A stretch of 63,645 nucleotides of DNA. Origin: Negaprion brevirostris. Lineage: Eukaryota. The position numbers and the translations under genes were made by a program. Numbering within the stretch: position 1 is the stretch's first letter; each line of letters opens with the position of its first letter. Location of the stretch: positions 10,131,673-10,195,317 of the forward strand of contig JARDVH010000121.1 of assembly GCA_030324005.1 (NCBI GenBank), read 5' to 3'. Of this stretch, positions 24,901 to 37,799 are shown in pieces. The notes under the pieces were generated by a model, which was not told the origin of the DNA, ran no database searches, and was given only the letters and a program-made list of their open reading frames with translations.

Positions 24901-25070
24901 AGCCAATGGCAGTTTGCTGCAAGGCATCATGGAAAAGGGAATATTACAGCCTTGGAAATATGTAAGTTTTATCAATGGAGTTTCTAAAGGAAAGAACATT
25001 CAAAACACTTCATCAAATTTCCAGAATATGTTTTGGTCACTCTGCAGATTGAATGGTTGCAGGCGTGGAG
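22000..25070 (+). pseudogene. Possible decayed NLR-type leucine-rich-repeat region (N-terminal part absent)
   Basis: LRR-like strings LYKLQICF and LRSLSL (about 22010-22110), NLGEINLEKTVIG..RYLASEL (about 23213-23285), FATNFQYFIEIVSIRIF (23833-23883), interrupted by repeats. Confidence 0.3.
22318..22963. mobile_element. GC-rich non-autonomous DNA-transposon-like repeat (PIF/Harbinger-type end)
   Basis: Abrupt GC/CpG-rich block starting GGGGCGATTCTCCCAAA, resembling the terminus of an abundant shark MITE family; the other end is lost in the gap. Confidence 0.5.
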
Positions 25071-25075
25071 TCGTT

Positions 25076-28000
25076 TGTTAATCTGGCTTGGCAGCGAGCT
25101 ATACGGGAATTCATGAGGGCTTTGAACTTTGCGGCTGGCGTCTGGTTAATACGGCATGCAGAGTGCTAAGTTGCTAAAGCGGGAGGGAACGTCCAGATTC
25201 TAAGCACCAATGCAATGCCATTATACAAATGGTAAGATGTGATTGACTAAGATTTATGCCAGCTATGATTGTTGAGTTACGTACAACATAGGTGATTCAT
25301 TTGAATATAATGAAAGACGGGAGCAATTGAAGCAAAAATCTATAATTGATCTGTTTTGAACTTTATACGTCAGAGTTATTTGTACGGTCAGGCTGCCCCA
25401 TCTCGGGAATTGCCCCGACTCTTTGATGATTCCGTCTTGCGGCCGCTGGTCAAAATAACGGTTGCGGGTTTACACTGAGACACTGGCTTCATGATTCTTG
25501 TATTGTCAACAATTCCTCATGGTACCAGGCCACCTCAAAAAAAAACACCAACCGCTATTTGGCGATGAGAGTCAGGATAGAGTCACCAGAATCTGACGGC
25601 GACCCATGCCTCTTTCGGCCCGAGTTAGGCAGAAGGAGCAACACGTTAAGTTGTCAGAAACTGAAGTTGACCTATCTGGAACTTGTTAGGGTTTGCGAAG
25701 ACAGTGTCACTGAGTCAGGAAACCACGCTTCAAGCAGGGGGTCGATAGAGGAATTTCGGCACTAATGTGATGTCAAGCCACAGAGCCGTGCAGTAGGATA
25801 AAATGTAAACTTGTTAGGGATGGGAGAGTCGTGGCGGTTTGAGTTATTGGGGTAGAAAAATCAGTAATTGGTCTCAGTAAGGATAACGTAAGAGCCAAGT
25901 GTCGCTCTTGGCGGGGAGCTGACAGGCTTTGGCCCAGAAAATGCCCAGAGAGGTGCCTGAGGAATCAGAATTATTGAGACGGAAATCTCCCTAACAGTAG
26001 GGAGTTGGAAACTCCCGTTCAAACCATACTATGATAAAATCCTCCAGTGGAGGGAGAGGAGCAACAACTATATCAACTAAGGAGCCACCGTTATTGGCGA
26101 CTGAGAAGAAGATGCTTATGGATAAGGCGCGTTGCAATGCAAATTACAAAATTTGGATTTCTGGGAAATCTCGCATAAGTTAAAACAGGTTCATAACTTG
26201 ACATTGGATGACATGAGAATTTTAGTAAAGGGAACGTTAGACTCGAGTTGCAAACGTTACTTGAGTATTCGGAAGGAGAGGTTGGATCTTTGCAACAGAA
26301 AATGGTGAGGACCAACGACATGAATAGTTTAAATGTACAATCGGAGGAGCTAGAGCTGAAGGACGGGCCAAGTGGAAGAAGGTAACTTTATCACAGAATC
26401 CCTATAGAGCAGAGGGAGACCATTTGCCCTATCGAGACTGCACTGGCCAATGCCCTTCCAGGACCTACTCCCGCAAAGCCACATATTCACCGTGATAATC
26501 TCTCTGACACTAAGGCACAATTTTGTATGTCCAATCCACCTAACCCGCACTTCTTTAGACTCTGGGAGGAAACAGGAGCACCAGAAGGAAACCCGGACAT
26601 ACATGGGGAGAGCGTGTAAACTCCACTCAGACAGTGCCTGGAGGTTGTAGTTGAACATGGGCCACTGGCGCTGAGGCAGCAGTGCTAATCACTGTGCCAC
26701 CCTGCTACCTTTAATGAAACAGGATACTACATAATCTGCAGAAGAATAAGGAGAAAAAAACATTGAGATCTTATGTAGTAAATGGAGGGGTCAAATACTA
26801 TTTTGGGATGAGGATATATGTTTCAGCTTGCTCAAAGTTGGGCTCAGTCAGCTCTGACTCGAATCATAGACATGGGTATTCCAAGAGGAAATACTTATCC
26901 AGATGTCATGATTTGGGCAACGAAAACAGGTTCAACATACCACTAAAATTTCAAAATCACTCCAGTGCAGGTTGATCGTCGCAGCCTAAGCACAAACTGT
27001 GTTTTGCATGGGGATGGAAAAACTATAATGGCAGCGATTGCTGAAGCCAATCCACAGAAAATAACCAGGTTAGCAAAAAAAAAATGCAGCAACAGCCGTA
27101 AGATAGGTCATGATGTGAAAGACTGCTGGGTGAAAGGGGTGTGGGGAGGGGTGGAGGAGGTTCCAACCAGGGCGAAATCACCCTCCAAGGTTCAACCTCA
27201 AATTCATGTAGGAACACAGCAAATTCTCCAGCCAACTTTTCAGATGACAGCAGTTGAGTTGCAGAAGCGTTTAGGTCTGAAATATAAATTAGAAGCTCTT
27301 AGAACTGCATGCTGAGGTCCCCGAANNNNNNNNNNGTTAGGAAAGCAATCTTGTGTCATGTTTATACATACCGGACCACCTATGCATATAGCAGATTTAA
27401 TTTTAACCACAATTGATCAGATAATACGATTGAAGGAGCCTTAGGGTAGTTACGGCCGCGTTGTTGAGTGAATCGACTATACTGGAGATTGAGGGTAAAG
27501 GCAAACAGTTCGATAGATGCATGTGTTCAACAGAGCAAGGAAGGATTTTCGCGACATCTCTGTGAGCACAATTGGGAGCTATAATCGATGTCGTGGCAGG
27601 GAACATAATGTGGCTTACGTTGTACAACTGAATTCGACGATGTACGGAAAATAATATATTGTACTAACTCTATAAGAGCGGCGTTGCGACAGATTAACAG
27701 AAAGTCTCAGCTTGGGGAATTTGGCTGCACAGTAACCTTAGGTTTTGGCCGGACACAAGCAGGATTGCGGACATTCAGATGTACCTTCGGAAACAATTTA
27801 CAGACTCGTTCTCATTCCACATAGGTGATGCCAGCTTAAAGCAGATGCAACAAAGGCGGTTAAAAACAACATTCTAGACTTAGGAAAACAACAGTTAATA
27901 ATGAAGATCTCTTATAAGGCTAATTCGCATATTTGTTCTGTAAGAAACAGAGATGACAGTTTTTTTTCTTAAAACATCGAAAACACAGTTTTCAATCACT

Positions 28001-30870
28001 AAGCGACTTGCAATCATTCCATCGTGGCAAATTCACCGAGCATCCCGAACACCACTGAAATAAAGCAGAATATATTTAAAGAACTAGACCAGCTAAATGA
28101 TTTTGGTCAAAAGTTGCAGCTGGGAAACGACAATATTGGCACTTACAATCGGCAATTAGGAATACACTTCGACCTGGCTGTCACAGGGATTACACAACAG
28201 TCCAGCGGTTTTTAACAAACACATAGGCGAGATATTAGAGCCTTTAGATTGTGCAAGAGCAACCATTTTGCAGTATGTGAAGACATTCTGACAGCATCCG
28301 ACAGTTCAAAGCACAATTGTTGAGCCACACACAAAGTAATTCAAACAAACTAGGCAGCCGGCCTTAAGCTCAACCCCTCGCAAAGAGCAGTCGGGTCAGG
28401 AATAGTCGTCATCCTTTGGAAATGTTATATACCAAGGTAAAAAAAAAATCCAGAAGACCGAAAAAGAAATTATGCTTACCGTAAAAGGGATGAAGCAAGT
28501 ATTATGATTTTTAAATTATTGCAATAATTTGGGGGAAGGCGCTGCAGTGTTTGCAAATCTTACAGGATTTGATAAAAGGAAGAAGGTCTTTGCAATGAAG
28601 AAAATAGACTGGGGATAAAAGGAGTTGCCTTCGTTCTCGGATTTAAAGAAAGCTATGGTAAACGTTCCTGCATTAGGAATACCGAACTCACTCTCCATTT
28701 CACATTTTCTGTCAAGGGAATGATGCATGTGGTAGCCCAACTATATGAGAACAACTTAAGATAAATTGGATATTACATTACCAACTAGATACATTGACAG
28801 AGGTGGGCATGCGTGAGAGCATAGTATGTGTCTTATGAGCAATACGTGTTTCAGAGCCACTCACCCTGATGGGAAATAAAAAGACTACGCAGTCCTCAGT
28901 CAATCATTCAGATTTTAGAAGGTGGGAGATTGAAAGGTGTTTCTGATGGAAAACAAAACATCAAAATGGGAAGCAAATCTTTTGCCAAGTGACAGGCATG
29001 TAGACATCAGTAAGAATGTAAGGGAAATTGCTGAAGGAAGATTGACAGTGCAAGAAACGGAACGTGTTGTGCTGCAGAAGTGAATGAGGGAGGAAGTGAA
29101 GGTTTAGCAGAAAGACCGCGCAAACGTGAAGGGTCGATTAACCTCTGTGTAGCCGGAGCAAGAAATTATATAAATGATGAACATCGTACAACCTGGGTAG
29201 ATCTCATGATAAGCGAACCATTAAGTGAGGAGAGAGAAAAAAATCCCAGGGAGCAAATCAGTGGAAATAGCAGAGATGTAGCATTAACTGAGGTTTTGGA
29301 ATGGACAAAGAAACAGGAATTAAGGTTTATGCAGGCCTTCGATAAGATTTTGGAGTACTTCATGATTACATGGTAGCATGGGCAGGCTGTGGCGTCGTTA
29401 CCTCAAGCGTGGGACATGTACAGCATGAGAGTATGATTAGAGATCTGATCCAAGCAGCCCGTCGCCTATTAGAAGTACTTGTAATCAAAGTTTAAACTCA
29501 TAAGATGGCATAGAGACAGGCAAAAAAGAAAAACAGTCAAGTGGACAATGCGACAAAAGATTTGTTAGGAGAAAATTTAGAAGGGAAACAAAGAGCAGCT
29601 GTTCCATGTAAGTGACATTACAGCTATTAAAATGAAGGAAGTATAGGAAGAGAAGCAGAAGAGGGGACAGATAGCATCAGCAGCAGTACAGCAACGTTTG
29701 GTGTAGTATGGATTAGCTCATACAAGCATACAATCATACAGATGTAATATGGTCAATTAACTTGAAAATTGTTGGTAGGATGCCACATAGTCAAATTTTG
29801 TCCGAGATGCCGACAGTGGAACAAGGACGACATTGCAGGCTTAAGGTGGGGAACCAGCCAATATCCACGGGAATATTTGCAAATGAATTTCGCGGGACTA
29901 TTAGCTGGAGCAAAAAGGAAGACGTATGATTTAGGAATTATTTACGATGCAGTCGATGGATTGAAGCATCTCCATGAAAAAAAATGCCACAGACAAACGT
30001 TTATTTTTAATGTTGGTGAATATGACAATACATTTTTGGGGAATTCCTCTGTATTTATGCTCAAGCCAGGGAACTCGCTTCACAGGAAGAGTTTTAAGAG
30101 AAACCTGCAGTTTGTTAATGATAAAACAAAGGTTTCACACACCGTATCATGTACAGACTTCAGGAATGGTATCAAAATGAATGAATGAATATTCAAATGA
30201 ATCGAACACTGAAGAATAGTTTAGCCTGAGTTATTTCAGAAGGACAAAAAGAAATGTGTGCAGATATTGCCAGCAATTTGCGAAAACTACTCCTGCTGGA
30301 GGAACAGTATTCACTCCTTCTCAGCTGAACAATGGTAGCGCTTCTGCTCCCCAGAAAATGTAACAACAGGGGGCGGAGAATCTGAAGATGGCCGGAAATT
30401 GTTTCACTGTGTGAATGATTTGACAGATCGTTCATGTTCCCTCAAGGAGTAGGTACCACTCAACAGCAGCACGAGAAATGGTGCAATTAGCAGAAGATAA
30501 CACAAGAAATTTGCATACACCATGGTATAAGGGAATGGTGAAACACATGACAGATGAGAACGGCCAGTGTGTCCGCTGTGTGCGGTCTATTAACATGATT
30601 GTCATCGGGCAAACATATGCCCTAATTAGTGAAACCTGGTGTTGTGAGACGAGTTGTGATGAAAGGTGCAGTCACCGAAGGTGAAACTGGACGGATCCGA
30701 AACGATATGCTGATGAGTGAAAGAAATTGCCCAAGTGGGTGGACAAAGCAGTAGAACAGCTGATCCGCATAGCTTTCATAACCACAGTACATATCTTAGA
30801 GATAATTTAGATTTGCAGACGAGGTACTAAATTAGTCTAAATTGTACAGGGACATCAGGGCAGTATTAGA
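25076..30870 (+). mobile_element. Decayed epsilon/gamma-like ERV: 5' LTR, PBS, gag, pro, pol
   Basis: PBS-like TGGCGATGAGAG at 25560; Gag knuckle remnant CSNSRKIGHDVKDCW (about 27084-27130); TGA at 27313; protease VMFIHTG (cf. DTG) near 27356; LKKAMVNVPALGIP near 28643; RNase H ALTEVL; integrase CPRC, YLQMNF, FWGIP..SQGTRFTG, HTPYHVQTSGMV..MNRTLK (29800-30215). Multiple stops and frameshifts; LTR limits approximate. Confidence 0.85.
26390..26709 (-). mobile_element. HE1/V-type SINE inserted in ERV gag
   Basis: Core GGGAGGAAACAGGAGCACCAGAAGGAAACCCGGAC and head GCAGCAGTGCTAATCACTGTGCCACC. Confidence 0.85.
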
Positions 30871-30876
30871 ACAAAC

Positions 30877-31205
30877 GGCGGCACGGTAGCACAGCGATTA
30901 GCACTGCTGCTTCACAGCTCCAGGGTCCTGGATTCGATTCCTGGCTCGGGTCACTGTCTGTGTGGAGGTTGCACGTTCTCCTCGTGCCTGCGTGAGTTTC
31001 CTCCGGTTTCATCCCACAGTCCAAAGATGTCCAGGTTAGGTTGATAGGCCATGCTAAGAAATAGCCCCTTAGTTTGTAGGGATGCGTGGATTAGAGGGAT
31101 TACTGGGTATAATATGTAGGGATATGGGGGTAGGGCCTGGGTGTAACTGTGTTCGGTGCAGACTCGATGGGCCGAAAGGCCTCTTTCTGCACTGTACGGT
31201 TCCAT
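30877..31205 (+). mobile_element. HE1/V-type SINE
   Basis: GGCGGCACGGTAGCACAGCG (A box), GATTCGATTCC (B box), V core, CR1-like tail GACTCGATGGGCCGAAAGGCCTCTTTCTGCACTGTA. Confidence 0.92.
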
Positions 31206-31591
31206 CTTTTACAAAGGAAATTAAAACAAAATGTTCAGTCAATGTGAGACTAACTTAAGTGCTGGAAAGCATCTTGTTTACGTTTACACATTTGAACAAA
31301 AGTGCCAAGAGAGCTCGGAGGTCAAGGGGAGACAACCACAAACTGTGGAATCCCAGGACTGATTGCTAAGTGCCAGGCGTGAAATTGAAGGTGTTATGAT
31401 TGTTGNNNNNNNNNNNNNNNNNNNNNNNNNNNNNNNNNNNNNNNNNNNNNNNNNNNNNNNNNNNNNNNNNNNNNNNNNNNNNNNNNNNNNNNNNNNNNNN
31501 NNNNNCGTGAAATTGAAGGTGTTATGATTGTTGTGCAGATCTGTAAATGATTTTTTTCTTACTATTGACAGATGGTTGAGAGATATAAAGT

Positions 31592-31866
31592 ATATTTATT
31601 AGTCACAATATTAACACTGCAATGAATTTAATGTGAACATCCCTTTGTTACCACAATCCACAGCATGTACGAGTACACTGGGGGAGAATTTAGCATGGCC
31701 AATGCACATGACCAGCAGTTGATTTGGACTGTGGGAATAAACCGGAGAAACGGAGGAAACCCACGCAGACATTGGCAACACTTGCAAACTCATAAGATCC
31801 AGTTCGGGAACAGAATCCTCGACACTGTGAGGCAGTAGTGCTCGCCCTACGTAACATTACTGCCCC
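31592..31866 (-). mobile_element. V-type SINE with alternative tail
   Basis: TTTATTAGTCAC..CACTGCAATGAA tail and GGAGGAAACCCACGCAGAC core. Confidence 0.75.
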
Positions 31867-31934
31867 AAAAGAAAATATAGACATTGCCTGTTGATACACA
31901 TCAATTTTTTTTTTTTTTACGTTGAATTTACTAC

Positions 31935-33280
31935 TTTTGACACAGGGAAGTAGCAAGCATAACCTAATTAATTTCATGCTGGGGACTCTTACGCCAGTGT
32001 TCAATAAATTAATGGAGATGATTCTTCGAGGCAGGATTCACTCGTCACTTGCAAATAAGTGGACGTATTAGCGAGAGGCAGCATGATTTTGTAAAGGGGA
32101 ATTAGTGTCCAACTAACCTGATGGAGTTTCTCGAGGAAGTGACAAAGATGATTGATGAATGTAGGGCAATGGATATTTTCTACATGGACTTCACTCAGGC
32201 CTTTGACAAGATCCTTCTTGGCAGACTGGTACATGTGGTGAAATTGTCCTGGGTCAGAGTTTAGTTGACAAGATGGGTATAGAACTGCAGTTATAGGTGA
32301 CAGTGGATGGGTGTTTTTTTCTGAATGGAGGAATGTGAATAGTGGCATTTGGAGCAAAATTGAACTGTTTTGATTCTTTACTGTATGGATAATACGAAGG
32401 TTGATGCAATTGTGGACAGTGATGGAGACTGCCAGAAGATACAGCAGGATCGTTGGAGGCTTGGATGGAGAGATGGCAAATGGAGTTTAATCCGGACAAA
32501 TGCGAAGCAATGCACTTTGGAAGAACTATTGCAGATGGAAAATATACGATAAATGGCAGAACCCTTATGAGTATTCAGAGACATATGGGTCTGGGTGTAC
32601 AAATACACATGTTACTGGAAGTGGCAACAAAGGTGGAGAATGCAGTCAAGAACCCACATGGCCTTCATTGGCCAGAGCACTGAGTTTACAAATTGGCAAG
32701 ACATGTTGCAACTTTATAAAACCTTAGTTGAATCACACTTGGAATAAAGTGTTCATTTTTTTTTCGCAACTCTACCAGCAAGATGTGGAGGCTTTGGAGG
32801 CGGTACAGAAAAGATTTACTAAAAAGTTTCTCGTTATGGAGGTTATTACAATGATGAGATTTTGCAGAAATTTGATTTGTTCTCACTCGAACGACGGCTG
32901 TTGAGGGCCGACCTGACAGAGGCACACATTGTTATGAGGGACATGAACAATGTGGATAGTCAGAAGCTTACACTGAGGTGGAAGAGTTAATTAACAGAGC
33001 CTAACATTTAAGGTGCGAGGGACAAGATTTAAAGGAGATGTACGAGACTTTTTTTTAACACAGTAATTAGTGTGTGCCTGGAACTTGCTGCTGAGGAAGG
33101 ACTTGGAAGAAGATATAATATTAACGTTTAAGGGGCGTCTTGATGAATACATGGATAGAAAGGGAATAGAGGAATATATTCCTTGGAGGTGTAAGGGATT
33201 TAGCCGGGCAACATGCTTGGTGCAAGTTTGAAGGGCCGAATGGTTTGTTACTATGCTGCATTTTGTTTTACTTTATTTGC
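31935..33280 (+). mobile_element. 5'-truncated CR1 LINE
   Basis: QHDFVKG, MDFTQAFDK, WQMEFNPDKCEAMHFGR and a CR1 3' UTR (GAAGGGCCGAATGG). Confidence 0.9.
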
Positions 33281-33414
33281 ACTTTGTTGCTTCCCACATT
33301 GTTTCAAGGGGCAACACACGTATCCAAACCTCAACGGCACGTATTGGGATTGTTAAAACAAGTCATACCCACAGTTACGTGTTAGATAGATGGATTCATG
33401 TTATACTAAAACGT

Positions 33415-36400
33415 TAAAACATAATAGATAGGAACAACAGGAAGCGTTTTCACCCTTCATCCTTATCCCACCATTAATTACGGTCATGGTGGATCATCCA
33501 ACTCAATAGTCTAATCCTGTTTTTCCCCAAAACTTCTGATCCCATTCGCCCAAACTGCTATTTCTAGCCGTTTCTTGAACACATTCCGTGTTTTTGGCAT
33601 CAACTAATTCTTGTGGCATTGAATTCCACAGGCTAACCATTCTTTGTGTGAAGAAATATATCCTCACATCCATCCTAAATGGTGAACCATGAATCTTCAG
33701 ACTGTGACTCTGGTTCTGGACTCCCCCACCATCGGGGATACCCTCCATTCATCCACCTTGTCGAGTCAAGTTAGTATTTTCTAAGTCTCTATGTGATCTC
33801 CCTCATTCGTCTGAACTCTAGTGAAAAGAATCCTAAATTCCTCAATCTCTTATCATACATCAGTCCCGCCATCCCCGGAGTCAGCCTAATAAAACTTTGC
33901 TGCGCTCCCTTGAGACCAAGAACATCCTTCCTCAGAAAAGGAGACAAAAATGGTCACAATACTCTAGGTGTACCATCAACAAGGCTCATTCCCGCAACAC
34001 TTTGCTCCTCGAGTACGCGAAACATTTAGCAATGAAGACTGACATGTCATTTGCCTTCTTTACCGCCTGCAGCGCCTGCACGATTACCTTCTGTGACTGG
34101 TGCACAAGGATACCAGGTCCCGCTGCACATCCCCCTCTCCCAATTTACAGCCATTGATGTAGTAGTCTGCGTCTATTTTTATTTCCAAACTGAATAGCCT
34201 CACAATTATCGAAATTATGCTACATTGGCCATTGATTTGCCAAATCAGTCAATGTGTCCAGATCATTTTGAAGGATCTCAGCATCCTCGTAACAGTTCAT
34301 CCAACCAACTCGGTATCATCTGCAAACTTTGTGAAGTTACATCTTGTTCCCTCATCCAAGTCGTTGTGAATAGCTAGGGTTCCAGCACCGAACCCTGTGG
34401 GATCTCACTAATTATTGGCTGCCAATTGTAAAATCCCCATTAACTCCTACTCATCGTTTCCTCCATTGCCAACCAGTTTTCTGACCATCTCAATACATTT
34501 TCCCCAATCTCATGCACTTCAATCTTGAATGTTAATCTCTTATGCTGTACTTTTTCAAACATTTTCTGAAATATACAGCTCCGTCTGGCTCCCCCCTTCT
34601 CAACTCTTCAAAGAATTCCAACAGATTGTCAAGCATGAATTCCCCTTCATAAACTCTTGCTGACTCTGCCTGATCCTGCCACTTTTTCTAAATGCTCTGT
34701 TAGAAAATCCTTGATAATGAATTCGGGAATTTTCCTCAATACTGATGTTAAGCTGACTGATCTATTATTCCCATTTTTCTCTCTACCTCAGTTTTTCAAC
34801 ATTGACTTGACATTATCTACACTCCGATCTGCAGCGAATTTTCGTGAGCCGATCGAATCCTGCAAGAATCCTGCAAGCTGACCACCAAAACATCCACTAT
34901 TTCTAGAGCCACTCCCTTAAGTACGCCAACATTGAGATTATCAGGCGCTGAGGATTTGTTCGAATTCAATGCCGTCAATTTTCTCCGTTCTATTCCTCTA
35001 TGAATATTGTTCTCCTTCGGCTTTTCCCTATCTGTAAACCTTACATTCGTCAACATTTTTGACAGCTGATTTGTGTCATTTTCGTGAAGAGCGAACAAAA
35101 GTATGTATTCAGCTGCTCTGTCATTTCTTTGCCCTCTATTATATAGTTCCTCATTTCTGCCTGTAGGGTACCTGCATTTGTGTTCATCAATCTCTTTCTC
35201 TTCACATATCTGTAGAAAAAGTTCGTGCCAGTCCTTATGCTCCCTGCAAGCATACTTCCATGCTGTATTTTCACTTCTTAATCAATTTTTTGGTCTTTAT
35301 TTACAGAATGTTAAACTACTCCCAATCTTCAGACGTATATTTCTTTCCTTGGCCAATCTGTATGCTTCTTCCTAACATTGGATATTCTCGCTAATTTTCC
35401 TTGTAAGCCAGGGTGGGCCCTCTTACCCATTCTGCTTTTGTGCGAGGCAAGAATAAAGAGTGACTGTAACTCCCCGGGTGTTTCTTGAATGATTACATAT
35501 CCATTGATATCCTTTTAGGTAACTCGCCCCCATCTATCAAGGCCAACTCACAGTACATATCCTCATAATTCTGTTTATTAAGATTCAGCACCCTAGCCTC
35601 CAAATCAACTAGGTTACTCTCAGCCGAGACAAAAAAAACTGTATTATGTTATGATCACTCATCGCCAAGGGCTCTCATACTGCTCGTTTGGCAATGATTG
35701 CCTTCTCATTACGCTGTGCCCAGTCTAAGGCGGCTTGCTCTGTAGTTGGTTCTTCCACATTTTGGTCAAGCAAACCATCTTGTATTCACTAAAGAAACGT
35801 GTCTTCGACTGCTTGTGGCTAATTTGAATTACCCAATCAATGTGCAGACTGAAGTCACCCATCATCGATAACCCCTTATCACATGCATTTTTAATTTCCA
35901 GTTCAGTGATATTCTGAACATCACCACAGCACTTAGCAGGTGTTTATTACTAATGTCTTTTTTTTTTGCCCCTTGTTATTTATAAACTCTACCTATACAG
36001 ATTCCACGTTTTCGGTGGTAATATTATTTCCCTATTGCATTATTTTCCTTTTTAACCAACAGTGCCACTACCCACCTTTTCCTTTATGCATGTCCTTCCT
36101 CAATATTGGACATGCTCGGGCATTCATGGGGGGGGGGTGGGGGGGGGGGGNNNNNNNNNNTTCAACCCCCCCCCCCCCCCCCCCCCCCCGTCAACCTCCA
36201 GCCATGTATCCGTAATCCCAAGTATATTGTCCCTGTTTACATCGATCTGTGCGATAGTTTTTTTTTTACTTCTTTGTAAATGTTCTGCGCATTACTGGGG
36301 ACAACTTATACACTTTTTTTTTAACATGGCTTGCCTTGCTCGCAATATTGTCTCTGTAGCCAGTCTGAACTTTGTCCTTTGTTGCTCTGCCCATCATTTT

Positions 36401-37750
36401 TCGTCATCCCTTCAATGCATTTTTTTGTATTTTGTTCGTGGGCCCTCCTTGTCTGATTCCTTATGCAGGTTTCCATTCCCCAGACATATTAGTTTAATAC
36501 CTCTCCAAACATTCAAACAAACAGTCTCCCGAAGGCATCAGTCCCAGTTGTGCCTCTGTGTAAAACGTTCAAGTTGTTTTGGTCCCGCCTCCCGAAAACC
36601 AGTTCCAATTCTCCAGGAACTTAAACTCTCAACCTGACACCATCTCTTCAGCCACGTAGTTAACTGATGTACCCTGTAATTTCTGATCTGACTAATACGT
36701 GACACCGATAGTAATCCTGAGATCATTACTTTTGAGGTCCGATTTCTGGATTTTCAGCTTAGGTCTCTGTATTTTGCTGTTACGATTTCAGTTTTTTCTT
36801 TTAACCTCTGTCGTTTATACTGGTACATCACGACACTTGTTTTTCACCCTCTCCCTCCAGAATATCCTGTACCCGCTCTGAGACATCTTTGAAACTAGAA
36901 CCAGCCAGGCAACATAACATCCTTGAGCGTCATTTGCGGCCACAGTAATGCCTATCTATTCCCCATACACATGAATCGCCTACAACTATTGCACCGGCAC
37001 AATGTTTAATTCTCCACTCTGCAGCAATGCCAACCGTGGTCCAACAAGTTTGGCTGCTGCTGTTTTCGCCAGAGAGGTCATTCCCCTCAACAACATCCAA
37101 CGTGGTGTATTTGTTTTGCAGGGGAATGGCAAGCTGCCTATCTCACTTGCTCGATATGGTGGTCACCCATTCCCTTGCTGATTGCGAAGTCTATGCTTAC
37201 TGTGTGAACACCTCTCTATACATACTATGCGAGATACTTTCTAATTCACGGATGCTCCAGGGTGTATTTAGCCGCCGGTCCATCTCTGAAACTCGAGCCT
37301 CCACTAGCTGTAGCTGGGGACAGTACCAGCTCGCATGCTGAATCAAGGGATTCCAAGTGTTCCCAGCTTCCATATGGAACAAGAGGAGAAAACCACAGCT
37401 TGGAGCTCTCCAGTCATGTTATGTTTCAGATCATATCCAATTCCCATTTCTTCCTGCTCCATGTTACTGCCGAATATAACATTTATAAACTACACACCAC
37501 AGAAATTACAATGAAACACTACTGTAATGTTCAACAACCACAATGCCAAGAGAAAAAAAAAAGAGCAACACTATTTACTAGTTACCAGACAGTCGCTTAC
37601 CTGCTGGTTATGATTGCATGGCACAATTTCCTTCTGTCTCTCACTTGCCCTCGATCCTCCCTCGCAGGTCCGCCTCTCCCGAAGATGAGCATCTCTTTCT
37701 CCATGAAACTAGTTCACACTCAGCTCCAAATTTGCGATGCCCTCACTCTG
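33415..37750 (-). mobile_element. Near full-length decayed CR1 LINE (ORF1 esterase plus ORF2 APE-RT)
   Basis: ORF1: CPQLQLVEARVSEMDRRL and ISGLLSVSR..LTTWLKRWC (SGNH esterase); ORF2: FFYRYVKRKR, KSSAPDNL, FADDT (GTATCATCTGCAAA at 34313-34326), FFTQRMVSLWNSMP. Confidence 0.92.
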
Positions 37751-37799
37751 TCTGAAATCAAAGTATACCTGCATTCTCTCTCCTAAAAACATGTGCAGA

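Noticed and set aside
30877-30950. tRNA-like A/B boxes here and at other SINE heads
   Set aside because: They are SINE heads continuing into SINE bodies, not tRNA genes.
31378-31533. 28-bp direct repeat flanking a 100-N gap
   Set aside because: Identical sequence on both sides of a fixed-size gap indicates unmerged contig overlap.
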